Shown here: piece after piece, positions 25,531 to 39,100 of the stretch
Numbering within the stretch: the stretch's first letter is position 1
Layout of the letters: each line of letters opens with the position of its first letter
DNA from: Podarcis gaigeae
Taxonomy: Eukaryota
DNA: 64,000 nucleotides
Assembly (NCBI GenBank): GCA_964106915.2
Contig: OZ066914.1
Strand: one strand, 5' to 3'
Position numbers and translations under genes: made by a program
The notes under the pieces: model-generated
What the model was told of the DNA's origin: nothing
The model's input: only the letters and a program-made list of their open reading frames with translations
Databases searched by the model: none

Positions 25531-25810
25531 ACTGGATACTTCATGCACATTTCAGCTGACTTATACCCCAAATATCTGAAACATCACTTCCTTCCCTACA
25601 GGCTCTATTGGGAGTTGAGTTCAGCCAGTGGGGTGGGTGGGTGGGGGAACAGGACCTCTTGGTTGTTCTACAGCCCTCAGAAATGGTGGGCAAATGATGG
25701 GCTCTGCCCTAACCTCCATCTGCCCCCACCTACCTGCTTTCTTACTGTCCAGCTGTCCAGAGGGTAGCACTGCTGGTCATCTTCCTTCTTAGTCTTAGTG
25801 TTGGCCTTGC

Positions 25811-25864
<54 letters not shown>

Positions 25865-26037
25865 TAATAATTTATTATTTGTACCCCGCCCATCTGGCTG
25901 GGTTTCCCCAGCCTCTCTGGGCGGCTTGCATAGAAACCAAAAATACACTAAAATCATACATTAAAAGCTTCCCTGAACAGGGCTACCTTAAGATGTCTTC
26001 TGAATGTCAGGTAGTTGGTTTTCGCTTTGACATCTCA
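25811..26037 (-). mobile_element. L2-type LINE 3' fragment with (TAT)n tail
   Basis: About (AAT)17 at 25811-25860, then the reverse complement of the 13653/51783 family. Confidence 0.85.
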
Positions 26038-27169
26038 GCAGGGACTCCTTGGCCCTGCCTGTCATTGGCTGTGGTGCCCCCTACTCTTGCTGTCTCTGCT
26101 TCCCACTCTTTTTGTTAAAAAAGAAAAGAAATAAAGTACAAACAAATCTCAGAAACAGAAAATCTCAGAAGACGATGTGAAATTCAGACCACAGTAGATT
26201 ATTTTACAGTATTTAGATTTATTTTAATAAGGAGATGTAACACACTAAAATGTAAGTGCCAGATCCTGACCACATTATCACACTGTGTCTCTGCCTGCAA
26301 TTTGTTCTCTTCTTTTGCCTCATTCGCAAATCCTTAACTTTTGTCAACTGAAATTATTTTTTGCATGTTAGTGTTTGTTTTTTCACTGCCTCATCCAAAC
26401 ACATTTTTTCACTCAAGCCACAAGCTAAGTGTGTCTGCATGCTGAAGTGGAATAGTTTCTCTTGCAATAAGAACTATCGTAAATCTCAGAGGACAAACTC
26501 AACACACGATCCATTTCCCTTCAATTTTGGGGTTGGCACAAACTGGAATCTCCCAGAAGGAATCAGGCATCTGTTTTCTGCAGTGCATTGCACAGGCCAA
26601 ATGAGACGGGGAGAATGGCATTCTCCACCTGGATTATAAGCAGATAGGCAAATTCATCATTTCACATTTATTTTCAACATTCTTACTGTATCTAAAGGTC
26701 CCTGGAGGAGCCTGTCTCAAATGTTGAATGAGATCCTGCCTAATTTTAGATATATTTTGAATGGAACAGGTTGCTGAGCAGAACCAATTATCAGGGCCAG
26801 ACCAAGACATTTTGTTGCCTGGGGCAAAGGCCAAATGCCACCCATGTAAAAACTGGGTGGATTTTCAGTTAAATCTTACCACAACGCCAGTGAGGAACAG
26901 CATCCTCCATCACACCTGAGGGCAGAAGGCTAGCTTAGGGGAAATAGGGCAGACCACATGAGATACATAGCTCCATCATCCAGCACCTAACCAGTTCTAC
27001 TTGCCTTCCCAACAGTGGAGCAGAGCCATTGCAATAGCCTTACATTAGCAGCAGAAGCAGCACTGACCAGGAAGAGGCAACAGCAAAGGAATGAGGCAGC
27101 AGCAAGCCTGGGATATGTGTGCCTACAACAGTACTGGATTGGTTCTGCTGGTTCCTGTACTGTGAGTTC

Positions 27170-27235
27170 TATATTGCAGGGGGATTGGACTAGATGACCC
27201 TTTGAGTCCCATCCAATTCTAAATTTTATTATTCC
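27170..27235 (+). mobile_element. CR1 3' end remnant
   Basis: GCAGGGGGATTGGACTAGATGACCCT...TCCAATTCTA. Confidence 0.65.
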
Positions 27236-28164
27236 ATGGTGTATCCATGCAGACCTGGCCTCACCACCAGATCCTCCTTATCCTCCTTCCAGTATGCTGC
27301 AGCAATGCTGCCAACAGGAGGCTGTTAAAGCTCCTCCACCCCACCAGGCCAGCCACTCCAGATCTAAGAAAGATGTCTCACTCTGTCTGTTGATAGGACC
27401 AACCTTGCCAATGATTGAACAGCCTCAAATGAAGGTAAAGTAGCAATGGAGAAAGCTATGTTCTGATACACTTGACAATAATGTGGACTGAGGCCAGTCA
27501 CCCTCAGCAAGGCCTGAATTGCATTAAGTTTTCATCTAAATCTCACAGCACACCATTAATGATGTTCAGTTTGGGGAGACTCATCTTGTTCACTCATCTC
27601 TACAGAATCCACAAAGTGAAGAGCGAAATGGATGAAACATCTTGGGATCAATCAGCTAAAATGTAAAAGCATTGGAATTATTCCAGGGGAGACAGAGCAT
27701 AGTGAACTTTATATATATATTTTTAATGCATCCTGGTTGGATTGTTAGTTGAATGAACGGAAGGCCTTTAGCACTTAACATTTATAACATACAAGACAAT
27801 GGGATCTCAACGGACTATTGATTCCTGGTGTATTTTAGAATTTTAAGAGAAGGCAAGTGCTCCACCTTAGTAAATAGTTTTAACATGGGGAAATTAGCTT
27901 AGAGCAAATAAACATTTATTCTAACTCTCAGCATAAAATGAATAATTTTTCCCACCTGAATATTGAAATGATTAGTAGAAGTAGTTGTTTCACTAGCCTC
28001 TGGCCAGGAAGTTCTCACTACATTCATGAGGACTCTGATATATGCAGAGAAATTGTGTACCCGCAGAGTTTTTCCCATTCATTTCAATTAGGAATCCCTT
28101 AAGAGAATCCCATTTCTTTCCATGGCAGAGACTGAACCTGGAACCTTCTGTTCACAAAGCAAAG

Positions 28165-28704
28165 GGTGGGTGAGAAATCTGATGACAGTTGCAGTGGGAG
28201 GAAGAAGAAGAATCTTTATTTGCCTCAGTCACTAGCCATAGCAATAAAATAAAAATGTACTGAAGATCGAGGTAAAAACCTAACTATACAAAATACATTT
28301 TGGAGGTTTACATCAATAATCAAATAATAGTTGCATTTAAAGGCGAGCCTACCAAATTTACCAAACTTTTGAAATCAATACACTAACTCAATCAATACAC
28401 AAACCTACCCATCCTTAGGATTTCACGCTGCTCCAGATTTTGAGAATGCTCAAGCCAAGTAATGTGCACAAAAATAAGGCAAAGTGTGCATGCAGATGCA
28501 CATTTTAGTGAAAAACAACATACAAAAATGCATTATACTAGTTGAAGTGGTTTTGCAAAAATTGGTATATTGGGAGAAATTCACAATGAAATGGTTATTT
28601 CCCCCCTTCTCCCAAATCACAAACTGGTATGGAAATGCAGAGAAATGAAGACTGGAAAAATGAGAAGTGAGAAAAACCAAAATGGATAAATTCTCTCGTC
28701 CCTA
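28165..28704. mobile_element. Old non-autonomous DNA-transposon-like repeat
   Basis: Ends ...CTCGTCCCTA. The A-rich TGCATT/TGCACA body resembles the reverse complement of 20030-20510. Confidence 0.45.
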
Positions 28705-29640
28705 GATGCAAATGAACTAAATGCATTTCCCCAACTTACTTATCCTCAAATTCAGTCTTCTATTCAATGAGAATATTCTGAACAAAATAATGAATGGGGG
28801 CATCTCCTATTTTTCCACTGCAGAAACTGTGAAAGGAAGTAAGCTCTGTTTTTTGAACTGTTATTGCTTTCATACCCAGAGTGTAACGTAACTACTAACC
28901 AGAAGGCTGCCATAAACACCAATAGAAAGTGTTTAAATCAATATGAGAAAGTTCAGCTCCCCACTGCAGCATTTGCAAACTATTGCCAAGGGGGGAAGGA
29001 AAACCCACCAAATTTTTGTTTAAAGACCATTTTATGAATGTCAGAAAAGTTCAGAGACTCCCGGTCACACCAGCAGGCAGACCCTCTGCATCTGTGCCCA
29101 AGAGCAGCACAAATAACAGGCAATAACTTACAATGAGAAATATAGACGAGATCCCTGTCTTTTCAACACTAGAAACCATTTTCATTGTTTAGGTTCAGCA
29201 TCTGCAACCCATTCCCCCTCCTCCTACCCCAATCCCCGGTTTCCCCCACCCCGTTAATTTACAGAAGAGATTTGACTCCATGGATGTTTATGATGTGCAT
29301 ACCAGCAGCGAGTTTCAGGCTGCTTAGATTTATTTTTCAGATAATGATTTCCAACTATGACTTTCTAAACAATGGGGAATTGGGGGGCACTTCAAAAATA
29401 TGATCCTTTTGTCTCTAGACCTTGGAAGATAAAGTCGTTCTCAATCTAACTTTCATTGAACCTGTGATCCTCCAGCTGTTTGGCAAAGAGTCCGCCCGGA
29501 CGGTGATAATCACAAGGCCAGCAAAAGTTCCTGTTATTCTCTCAGCATTGGATTTTTGCTTTTGTTTCTCTCAAGGACTTTTACACACAAGTTCAACTGA
29601 ATATTTCCAATAAAGTGTGTTCCTAGTTTAGCAAATTGGG

Positions 29641-29735
29641 GAAGGGCCACAGCTCAGAGGTAGACCCCATGCTTTGCATAAAGTCCCAAGCTCAGTCCTC
29701 GACATCTCCAGCTAGGGCTGGGAATGTCTCCTGTA
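29641..29735 (+). mobile_element. Squam3-like tRNA SINE, 5' part
   Basis: GGGCCACAGCTCAGAGGTAGA...GCTTTGCAT...CATCTCCAGCTAGGGCTGGGAA. Confidence 0.75.
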
Positions 29736-31699
29736 TAGGATGGGAGAGAATGTTGTTTCAGTTTAGTCAAAAGCAAACCTACCTGATTCCCACTTTTGGA
29801 AAGAGCCGCTTACCTAGTTTTGGGTGAGCAGTTGTTGCGGCCCATCACACTCCCTCCCCAGGGGCAAAAAAATTATTTTGCCCTTGCAGCCAGCTGTTGG
29901 AATCCTTCTTGGCCAGCCACAGGGGATCCTGGGATAGCCTGTCAAATAGTTTGAATTTTTGGCCAATGAGGGCCTTGGTTGGGGGTGGAGCTTTGGCGGT
30001 AGATCAGAGTGAGTAAGTCTTCACTCTGGCCCACCGTTGAAGGATAAAAGCCAGCTGCATGGGGAGATCAGCAATGCAGCTGACAAAAGACCAACCCACG
30101 AGCCCAAACCATATGCTGTTCTTTAGGCAACTTGTATAAAAAACCTTGCTGTGGTTCAAAATGTCAGCCATATTTGGAGCTGGGAAGGAATTGGCCTGCA
30201 AACAAATTGGGCCTGCTTGGGGCTTTTGCCTTCTCCATAGCAATCATCACAACTTTTGGCAGATGAGGCACTGGGTGGAATCCTTAGTCCATTTCTGGGT
30301 TTGGGGTGATGCCTCGCGATGCTTTTAGCAGAATGCTCAGAGTCCCAGGTTCTTTAGTGCAGTATTTATTATTGTGAGCTAAATATATATACAAATATCT
30401 ACAGAAGCAGTTCAGACAGAGTGCCTGGACCTTGAGGCAAAAGAAGAATCTACACCACTCCACCACAGCACCACCACAATTACTATTGGACAGGCTTTAC
30501 CTTTAAACTGGTGACAGCCAATCACATTACTGCTGAGTCATTCCACAGAGAGTATCACATCAGCCTGTTGCAAACTGAAGCCTGCAGACTTAGTTACACA
30601 GCATCCTGTGAATCCCAACACATATCACCCCTACCCTCAAGAAGGTGCAATACCCAGTAAAGGGGTATGGGTGGACATTTTTGTCCTGAAGCCAAGTGGA
30701 TAGCAGAAGGGAAGTCTAGGGAGTGCCAGTTCAGTTGACCTGTGCCTTGAGGTGGTCCATAACCCAGGCACAACCCTGGGTTTCTTTGTGTGTACAAATA
30801 AAAGCATAAAAACATATGAATTTATAAAAATAACATACACCAGTGCATTACAGTAGTGGCAATTCTTGTAATTTGGTAATGCTCTTCTCCATGTTTCAGC
30901 CATTAGGGAAGTGTGTTCTACTGTCTTTATGGACAATCTCCATTTGGAAGTTCACCTGTCTCCATTAGTCTCTAAGTTTTGACAGAAGGTACAAAACTTT
31001 CTACTTCTTTTTAAAAGCTTTCCTTGTTTGGTATTTTTTTTAATGGGCATCTCTTATAATTTGTTTGGGCTTTAAAGATGGAGTGTTTTTATTGCCTGAT
31101 TTAAGGTGCATAATAAAATAATGAATAAATACTCAGTAAATGGACGGGTCCTCATTTGTATTCTTGCAAAGCAGCTGCCATTAAGATGGTGGGCTGCAAG
31201 GACATCTGGAGGGTGCAGCACATTTTGTTGTGCTATGAATGAAGAAATACATTCTACTTTATGCAAGATTGTGTCAGAAAGAGCAAGACCTCCTGATGCC
31301 AGGGTTGGATGATAGCTTTTGCGCCTATAGTAACAGGGTCTCCTAAACGCTTGTCAACAGACTTGCACTGGGCCTTAAATTTCACTCCTGTTTCATCAAA
31401 ATAAAATTATGAAGTTGCTTTGAATTGAGTCACGCCATTGGTCCATCTCACTCAGTATTGTTTAGAGACAAGCGGGTTAGCAGCTGTCCAGATTTTCTAG
31501 GCAGCTTTCGCCAGCTCTTCTATCTATCACTATCTCTATCACTGGGCTATTGTCCCATCCAAAAAATGAAGTTTTCGCCTAAGAATGGATGGAGAGACCT
31601 TCTAAATGGACCAAGGGTCCATCTAGTCTAGCTTTTTGTTTCTAACAGTGGTCAGAAAGCTGCTTCTGAGGAGCCCATAATGGGGTTATAGAAACACAG

Positions 31700-31876
31700 A
31701 ACATTGGAAGCTTCCTTGTACTGAGTCATATCACTGGTCGATCTTGTTCAGTACCATCTATACTAATTGGCAGTGACTTTTCAGGGTTTCAGATGAAAGT
31801 CTCTCCCAGTTCCACCTAGAGATGCTGGGACCTTCTGCCTGTAAAGCAGATGTTCTATCACTGAGCCATGTCCCTT
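31700..31876 (-). mobile_element. Squam3-like tRNA SINE
   Basis: Reverse complement of the same family, from head GGGACATGGCTCAGTG to tail ...GAAGCTTCCAATGTTC. Confidence 0.75.
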
Positions 31877-33144
31877 GTTGTTTTCCCCTCCCCCATGTAC
31901 CAATATTAAGAGGTATACTGTCATGCTTTGATTTAGTTAACATAGCTAATAGCCAGTTGCACGAGATATCCCCATGTAATTACTGTCCTGATAGGATCAG
32001 GGCAGTGGGCAACAGGAATGACACAATTGGCTTGCCCTGGTAACCTCAGGGAGAAGAGTGATAGCTTCCACTATCATTTTAGGATTAACTACCATACTTC
32101 ATGACACTGGACTTAGTGAATTGTGATTTGTTCTAACTGTGGTTGTGCTAGATCTCCAATAAACTGTCGTTTGTTATCATGGTGTTGTTGTTTTTGAACT
32201 ACCCATAGTTAGGACATTTAGTTGTATATTAAAAGTAAAAGCTTGCAGAGGAAGGGAGGAGAGGCTCAAGCATGCTCATTCCTGAAATGCTAAGCTATGG
32301 TTTAGTGTTGTGTCTGAAGCAGGCCACTGTCTATTCTGCTCATCCCAAACTTACAGGGCAAGTAACCCACACCAAGCACCCTGCTGCATGGAGGCATAAC
32401 TACAGCCAGCTCTGGCTTTGCTATTGAACCTAGTAGTGCCGAGTTTTAACTTCAAGATAGAAGGAAGTGCCAGTTTGGCAAACAGCCAAAACATGTCTCT
32501 ATTCGCGGCACAGTTTTGTATGCCTCCCTCTATAGAGTTCTGTACGTGATACATATGGTGTACATACTCCTCTGATTGGGGCAACCCACTCCACACTCAA
32601 AAGCTTGAGTTTTGATTGCAGAGAGGGTTATTTACAGCAGTTAAAATTCAATTTGTTTAATTTGATTATCAATTTGTGGTCCCTACTCATTGCTGGCCCG
32701 GCCTTCATCTACTTAATTTCAAAGAACATCTGCCATCTACAAAGTATTCTCTGATTCATCCTCTGAAGAGAGGCATTTTAAGCTGCAGGTAAAGGAATTG
32801 CTGATGTCTAGTTCATCGTTCCATCCTTGTCATTGACAAGGCTGTTCTGGGACCAGGAAAGTTCTTTCCCTATTATATACAGTAGGGCATCTATGGAATT
32901 TTGACACATCTGATCTCCCATAAATCAGTAGACATATGTGACCCTCCCTGCCATGTGCCATTGGATCAATATGCAAGATTAACCTTCCATTCCATAGTTC
33001 AACAACACTATTAATGAAATAACCATTCAGGTCAAGCGTTCTATGCCCCAGAGATATATGAAGTTCCAGAGGATCTATAAATCTTGAGGAGTGGACAATT
33101 TTATTTCTCTGTCTCTATCAATTGCATTAGCACCCCCCCCACTT

Positions 33145-33507
33145 AAAGGTAAAGGTAAAGGTACCCCTGCCCGTACGGGCCAGTCGTGTCCAACTCTGGG
33201 GTTGCGCGCCTATCTCGCTTAAGAGGCCGGGGGCCAGTGCTGTCCGAAGACACTTCCGGGTCACGTGGCCAGCATGACAAGCTGCATCTGGCGAGCCAGC
33301 GCAGCACACGGAAACGCCGTTTACCTTCCCGCTAGTAAGTGGTCCCTGTTTATCTACTTGCACCCGGGGGTGCTTTCGAACTGCTAGGTTGGCAGGCGCT
33401 GAGACCGAGCAACGGGAGCGCACCCCGCCGCGGGGATTCGAACCGCCGACCTGATGATCGGCAAGTCCTAGGCGCTGAGGTTTTACCCACAGCGCCACCC
33501 GCGTCCC
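33145..33507 (-). mobile_element. Sauria (Squam1) SINE, young and CpG-rich
   Basis: The minus strand starts GGGACGCGGGTGGCGCTGTGGG, with B box GGTTCGAATCC and (ACCTTT)n tail. TSD of about 20 bp, CATTAGCAC(n)ACTTAAA. Confidence 0.96.
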
Positions 33508-34814
33508 ATTAGCACCCCCACTTAAAAAACAACAATTCCAAGAAGCTCGAACTAGCACAAGGTTCTCTTTCTAAACACCCATCAAATGACAGGCTGGCCT
33601 TGAAGGTGTTGGCTTGTCAAGACTACCCAGTTAATGTCTTGATTATGAAGGGAATCGGGTCTCTGCAGTCTCCATCTAGCTCCCTGTCCACTATGCCAAA
33701 CTAGCTTTCAAGTAATGGAGAATAAGGAAGTACATTAAATAAATGTGCATTTTTACAATGCAGCTGTAAGATAACTGAAGGGCCTTCAAATGACCGAAGT
33801 TTCTGCCAGAGGTACATACTCTAAGAGAGATTTACCGGAAATATATGTTACATACATCATCAACACACACCTGGATGCATGTATTACTTAAATCCAGCTA
33901 TTAAATAACATTCCGTGAAAATGAGAAACCACACAAGTCAAATGGGAAGTTGTATGAAATCAAGAGAAAGCAATTAAGAAACTGTAATATCTTGGGGCTG
34001 AGTGATGATTGAGCCAAAGTTGAGCACTTTTTAAGTCCCTCTGATTTATATGGGAGAAACATAAGTGGAAAACTTACTTCTCCCAGTAAAATCATTGAGA
34101 CTTAAAAACTGCTTAACTTTGGCTGGAATGTGGTATATATAGCTATGTTGGAAAATAAAAGCCTGGGGTGACACCACATTTCAACCAAATCCCATCCATT
34201 CCTTTTCATAGTAATGATTCTGCCAACTCCTCCTTCTCCCTAGAAATTTACAAAAATATGAGTTTTTGCAAATCTGAGATTTGTTCAAGTTTGTCCCAAA
34301 GACTAAGTTACATTTTGAGAATCTGTTCCAACCCAATTTATTTGCCTAAGCTTCAAGCCTGAGATTTCATACTCCAGACTTGAAGCTTAGGGCTCTAAGA
34401 AGGCCCCTCCACAGACCAAAGACCTGGGGTGTAGAGTGTCTTGCAGAGGGTTATTTATAGCAGTTAAAATTCAATTTGTTTAAATTTTATTGTCAATTTG
34501 CCTTAGAAAGATAAACTGCAGAGACTTGGCTCGGAGATGGGAATATATTCACAATTAGCATTTAGGCAGTTAAGAAGGGTGGTAGTGGTGTGGCCAACAT
34601 TGAACTGGATACCAGAAAACTCATAACCAAATAACATTTGAGCTAAGAATCAGAAGTGAACATGACCTAAGGGCTTAATTAGAGATGGAGGGGGAATGTA
34701 CAATTTGTAGTTGATTTGTTGCTGTTGTTGTTTTATTGTTGCTGCTGCTGCAGTTCTGATTTTTGTTGTCTACCATATTGAATGGTCAATGCAGACAACT
34801 GAACACTGTAATAG

Positions 34815-35425
34815 GGTAATGGATGTAGTTCAGTGGTGAAGCAAGTGCTTTGCATGCAGAAGGTACCTGTTTCAATCTCTGACATCTTCATAAAGGGTTG
34901 GGAGAAACCGCTGCCTGAAAATCTGGAGTGGGAGCTGCTGCCAGTCTGCATGGACAAAACTGAACTGTTGTTGTTGTTTAGTCGTTTAGTCGTGTCCGAC
35001 TCTTCGTGACCCCATGGACCAGAGCACGCCACGCCCTCTTGCCTTCCACTGCCTCCCACAGTTTGGTCAAACTCATGCTGGTAGCTTCGAGAACACTATC
35101 CAACCATCTCGTCCTCTGTTGTCCCCTTCTCCTTGTGCCCTCCAACTTTCCCAACATCAGGGTCTTTTCCAGGGAGTCTTCTCTTCTCATGAGGTGGTCA
35201 AAATATTGGAGTCTCAGCTTCAGGATCTGTCATTCCAGTGAGCACTCAGGACTGATTTCCTTAAGAATGGATAGGTTTGATCTTCTTGCAGTCCATGGGA
35301 CTCTCAAGAGTCTCCCCCAGCACCATAATTCAAAAGAATCAATTCTTTGGTGATCAACCTTCTTTATGGTTCAACTGAACTAGGCAGACCAATAGTCCGA
35401 CTCAGTATAACATAGCTTCCTATGT
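34815..35425 (+). mobile_element. Squam3-like SINE interrupted by Bov-B
   Basis: Head GTAGTTCAGTGGTGAAGC...TTTGCATGCAGAAGG. Resumes at 35373 and ends GCTTCCTATG. Confidence 0.8.
34967..35372 (-). mobile_element. 5'-truncated Bov-B LINE
   Basis: MRREDSLEKTLMLGKLEGTRRRG...KSRTRLND*, with (CAA)n tail. TSD AACTGAACT at 34958-34966 and 35373-35381. Confidence 0.96.
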
Positions 35426-35605
35426 GAATGTCTTGGGTACTCAGATAGTTCTTAAGAACATAGGAAGAACCTGTTGGATCAGGCCATTGGCCAATCTAGT
35501 CCACCTTCCCATCTCACAGTGACCAACAAAATACCTAGGAGAAGCCCCAGAACAGGACCTACATGCAATAGCAGTCTACCCACTTCTGGTTCACAGCAGC
35601 TAGGA

Positions 35606-36104
35606 TGTCAGGGGCTGAGCAGAGGAGGAGGAGTGGTGGAGACCATCCCCCCATCCTGACCCTTCCAGGGAGGAGGAAGAGGAAGACAGTATAGATTTAC
35701 AACAGTGGTTTGCGTGAGGTCACAGCTCAGAGGCAGATGACAGGAAAAGTTGGGAAATAATGGGAGAAGAGGAGCAGGAGGAGCTGGAGCAGCAGCTGGC
35801 TGACATGTTGTCACTAGAAGGCATTCCAGACCCACCATTTCCTAGAACCCGGCAAGCCTTAAAAGTAGGAGAGCAAAGAGCTCAAAGGCAGAGGGCAGTT
35901 AGCGGTACCCGTAGAGGAGAGAATGATGATAACGAATGAGGAAGAGATGTGAAGAGTCACTTGGGATAATGTGATTATCCAAGAGGCTGGGTTCTATAAC
36001 CTCTCCTTGTAAAGTATGAAATGAAAAAGGACTGTAAGAAACTTTTCCTTGTTTTTAATCCTTTCCTGGGCAACCAGCCGAGAGCCGCTGACAGCACCCT
36101 GACT
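35606..36104 (+). mobile_element. Solo LTR (Gypsy-like), family A
   Basis: TGTCAGGG start and purine-rich body homologous to 56671-57153. The right end is at 36093 or 36104, and no TSD is resolved. Confidence 0.75.
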
Positions 36105-39100
36105 GAAGCATGCTATATTTGACAGTGGATGTAGAGTATTACAATCATGGCTGGTAGTGTGAATTGCATACATTCCTTCATTTTGTTTGCACCTTTAACA
36201 TGCAGCTGAGTGGGGCCCTGGAGCAAGGACTACATACAGAAAGAAATGCGTTCAAATGGCCACAATTGTTATTGATTCCAGCTAACAGAGTTTTGTGTGG
36301 CATATAAATAAAGGATCCAATCACTAGACAACTCAGCTGCTGACTGATATTACTTTTAAGTGCCGTCCATGTGTTTGTGCCCCCCTCAATGGAAAAGTGT
36401 GATGAAGCCAAGAGCCCACAAGATGTTACCCTGAGGGGAAGGTCTACTTTTATAACCCATGTGCCAAAACAGCCTGTCGCAGTAGACTGGCTCCTGGGCA
36501 AGGCCTCAGACATGGTACTGACAGCTCATCAGTTTCAGTACTCCTCCAGATTGCTATGCAATTTGGAAGGTCTTCTAAGGTGGAAGGTCTGTTTCCTTCT
36601 TTCCTCCTATCAGTAGTTGCAAAGGAAAGTCCCTTGACTTCTTTTGAGAAGGAAAAGCAGCATACAGTTGTACTTGGTGGCAAAACACTGGTGGTGGTAA
36701 GTGGAGACCCAGGACTTTTGAGGCCCTGATCCCATGCACTTTTACATGAAAGTAAGGCCCCCTTCACACAATGCATTTTCAAGACCAGTTTGGAATTTAT
36801 CCTAAATGCCAACAGTATGAAATCTCGCAATAGCCACTTTTTCCAAGCATCCAAATCCATTTGAGCTATTAAACATGTGGTATAAATTAATGGATGGGGT
36901 GGAAGAGTAAGATGAATGAACCTTAAAGTTCACTCCCAAGCCTCATTGTGATTCCATTTGATATTTATCACACTTATTTCTAAAGAAGCTCAGAGCAACT
37001 TATATCAAGCGCCTAAGCAATCTTGAGGTGAGATCCTCTTAGCTTTTAACAATGGTAAGGCATCATCATTCCCTCACCATTTTCTTGAGCAATTAAATAG
37101 CTCAAGTTGTTGGAATGGCTGCTAACTTTCAGATCAGATTCTCTACTTTAAAAAACCCCAACAACACCAGCCACTGAGTGCTATGCCCATTTTTAAATTT
37201 CACCAGGAAGACACAAAGCTCTATTTAAAACCAAACTTTCAAAGCAAAGGGGATATATTTGAAGGCACCCTACCTTGTTGGGAAATGAATGAGAAGATAC
37301 AAACTTATACATCTTTCTTGCCTCTAGTTTCACAATAGCAAATTCAACCAACAAGCTTCATGAATCTCTGAAACAACGCTTGGCTGCTTCTGAGACTTGG
37401 TGAACTGCCAGGGTTTCATCCTCTCTTGTATAAAAACAGTTCCCAATAACTAAATGGGCATTATTTTTAAAATGTAAAGGTTGAAACCAAAGTGTAGATT
37501 ATCATGGCAATCTGTTCGAATAGCAACTAAATAGGACATTGGGAAAAAAGAATTAAGGTTTACTCAGCAAAACTAGTTTACCCAATTTGCTGTGTTAAAA
37601 AAAAAATCAAATACAAGGATCATGTCTAATGACTGTTATTGAAGCTGCAGAATGCAAATGCTGATGACCCCCCATTTCCCCCCCTTTTTTTAATGCTCAA
37701 ACTCTCTTGCAAACAGGCTGTGCCAGTTTGGCTTTTATGTACATTAAGGAGAACTTGTTAAAATTTCTCCTAACAGCTGGCTTGAAGCTGACAGTTGGGA
37801 GGCAGAAAATAGGCACACTCTGCCAGTAGGTTCAACTTTTTAAATGTAGGGGGAAATCTTAATTGGAATCTTTGGAGGCCCCCTTACTTCCCCTGAACAG
37901 GAAAGGTGGCAAGCTGGTCTATCACAGCAGAAAGCATCATGTAAGTAGCATTCCCTAACTAGAAGACAGAGCTCGTGTACCTCAAAAGAATCTAAAACTT
38001 TTTTTAAAAAAACCAATGATGTTGGATCTTCCATTACATCGAACCCTAAAGATCTGAATTGTAGAGGTCAGTTGGGTTCCTTCCTGGGCAGCCTCCTAAG
38101 AGCTGTATGCCAACGATGGGTAGAGCCAGAAGCAAAAGACTGCAGCAAAGAGTCTGAATTTTACCTTTGTATAGAAGATTAGTTTCTACACACACCTGTC
38201 TCTCCATCCCAGCAAGTGAGAGGCATTATCAGAGTTCAAGGACATATGCCAGCCAGGCAAAAACACTCAGGACAGAAGAGGACCAGTGAAACATGTGGCC
38301 TGGGGAGTGTTCCAAGGGCCAAATAGAAAGGCTTGGAGGGCCACATTCAAGCCAAAACCTTGAGGTTTGCCTGCCCTCCTCTTAACATTTCACAGATAGA
38401 AGCTAGAGACCCTTTTGTATACATATAATACCCTTATCCTCACACCATGCATCACTGTCTGAGACCTCTTTTCTGCCTGTTGGACACTGTACTCATTTAT
38501 TCTGAACAGCCAACCTTGGGATGTAGAGTTAACATTGGGGGGTAGCATTGCTGGGCACCTGCCAAGGCCTACACGAGGCAAGGGGCCCACTGCTGAGCCC
38601 TAGAGCCTCATCGTATTACTCCTCCTCTTCCTCGCCATCACTGCTCATTCACCTGCATTCTCTGAGCATGCAAGCAGTGACAAAAGCAAAGAAATGGAGC
38701 AGCATCTGACATGTGCCTTGCATTTCCCCTCTGGGCAGTTGTGCAGCTTGCGGGAAGATTTTATTGCCTTTAGTATACTGAGATGATGGTGATTAATGAA
38801 TTAAAATTCTATCCCGCCCTTTGTCTTGATGGAGGCTTGGGCAGAAAATAACCAAATGGTGAAACAGTACAATTTAGCACTACATACAACTGCAATTAAC
38901 AATGTGCATTGTGATTTTGCCACCATGTTCAAGGTGTTGCTACAAAGCCCTATAACAGCTTGGGACCAGGATACCCAAAAGATCATCAAACTTCTTATAA
39001 ACACAACTTATAAACACAACAATTTGCAGAGGAGAGCCTTTTGCAGATACTGCCCTATCAGGAGGTCCATTCCACACAACATAGAAGCTGGGCCTTTTTT

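Noticed and set aside
29641-29715. tRNA-like A/B boxes here and at other SINE heads
   Set aside because: They continue into SINE bodies and form no cloverleaf.
33127-33558. 143-aa ORF (also 24554-24847 and 4560-4775)
   Set aside because: Chance read-through of Sauria SINEs.
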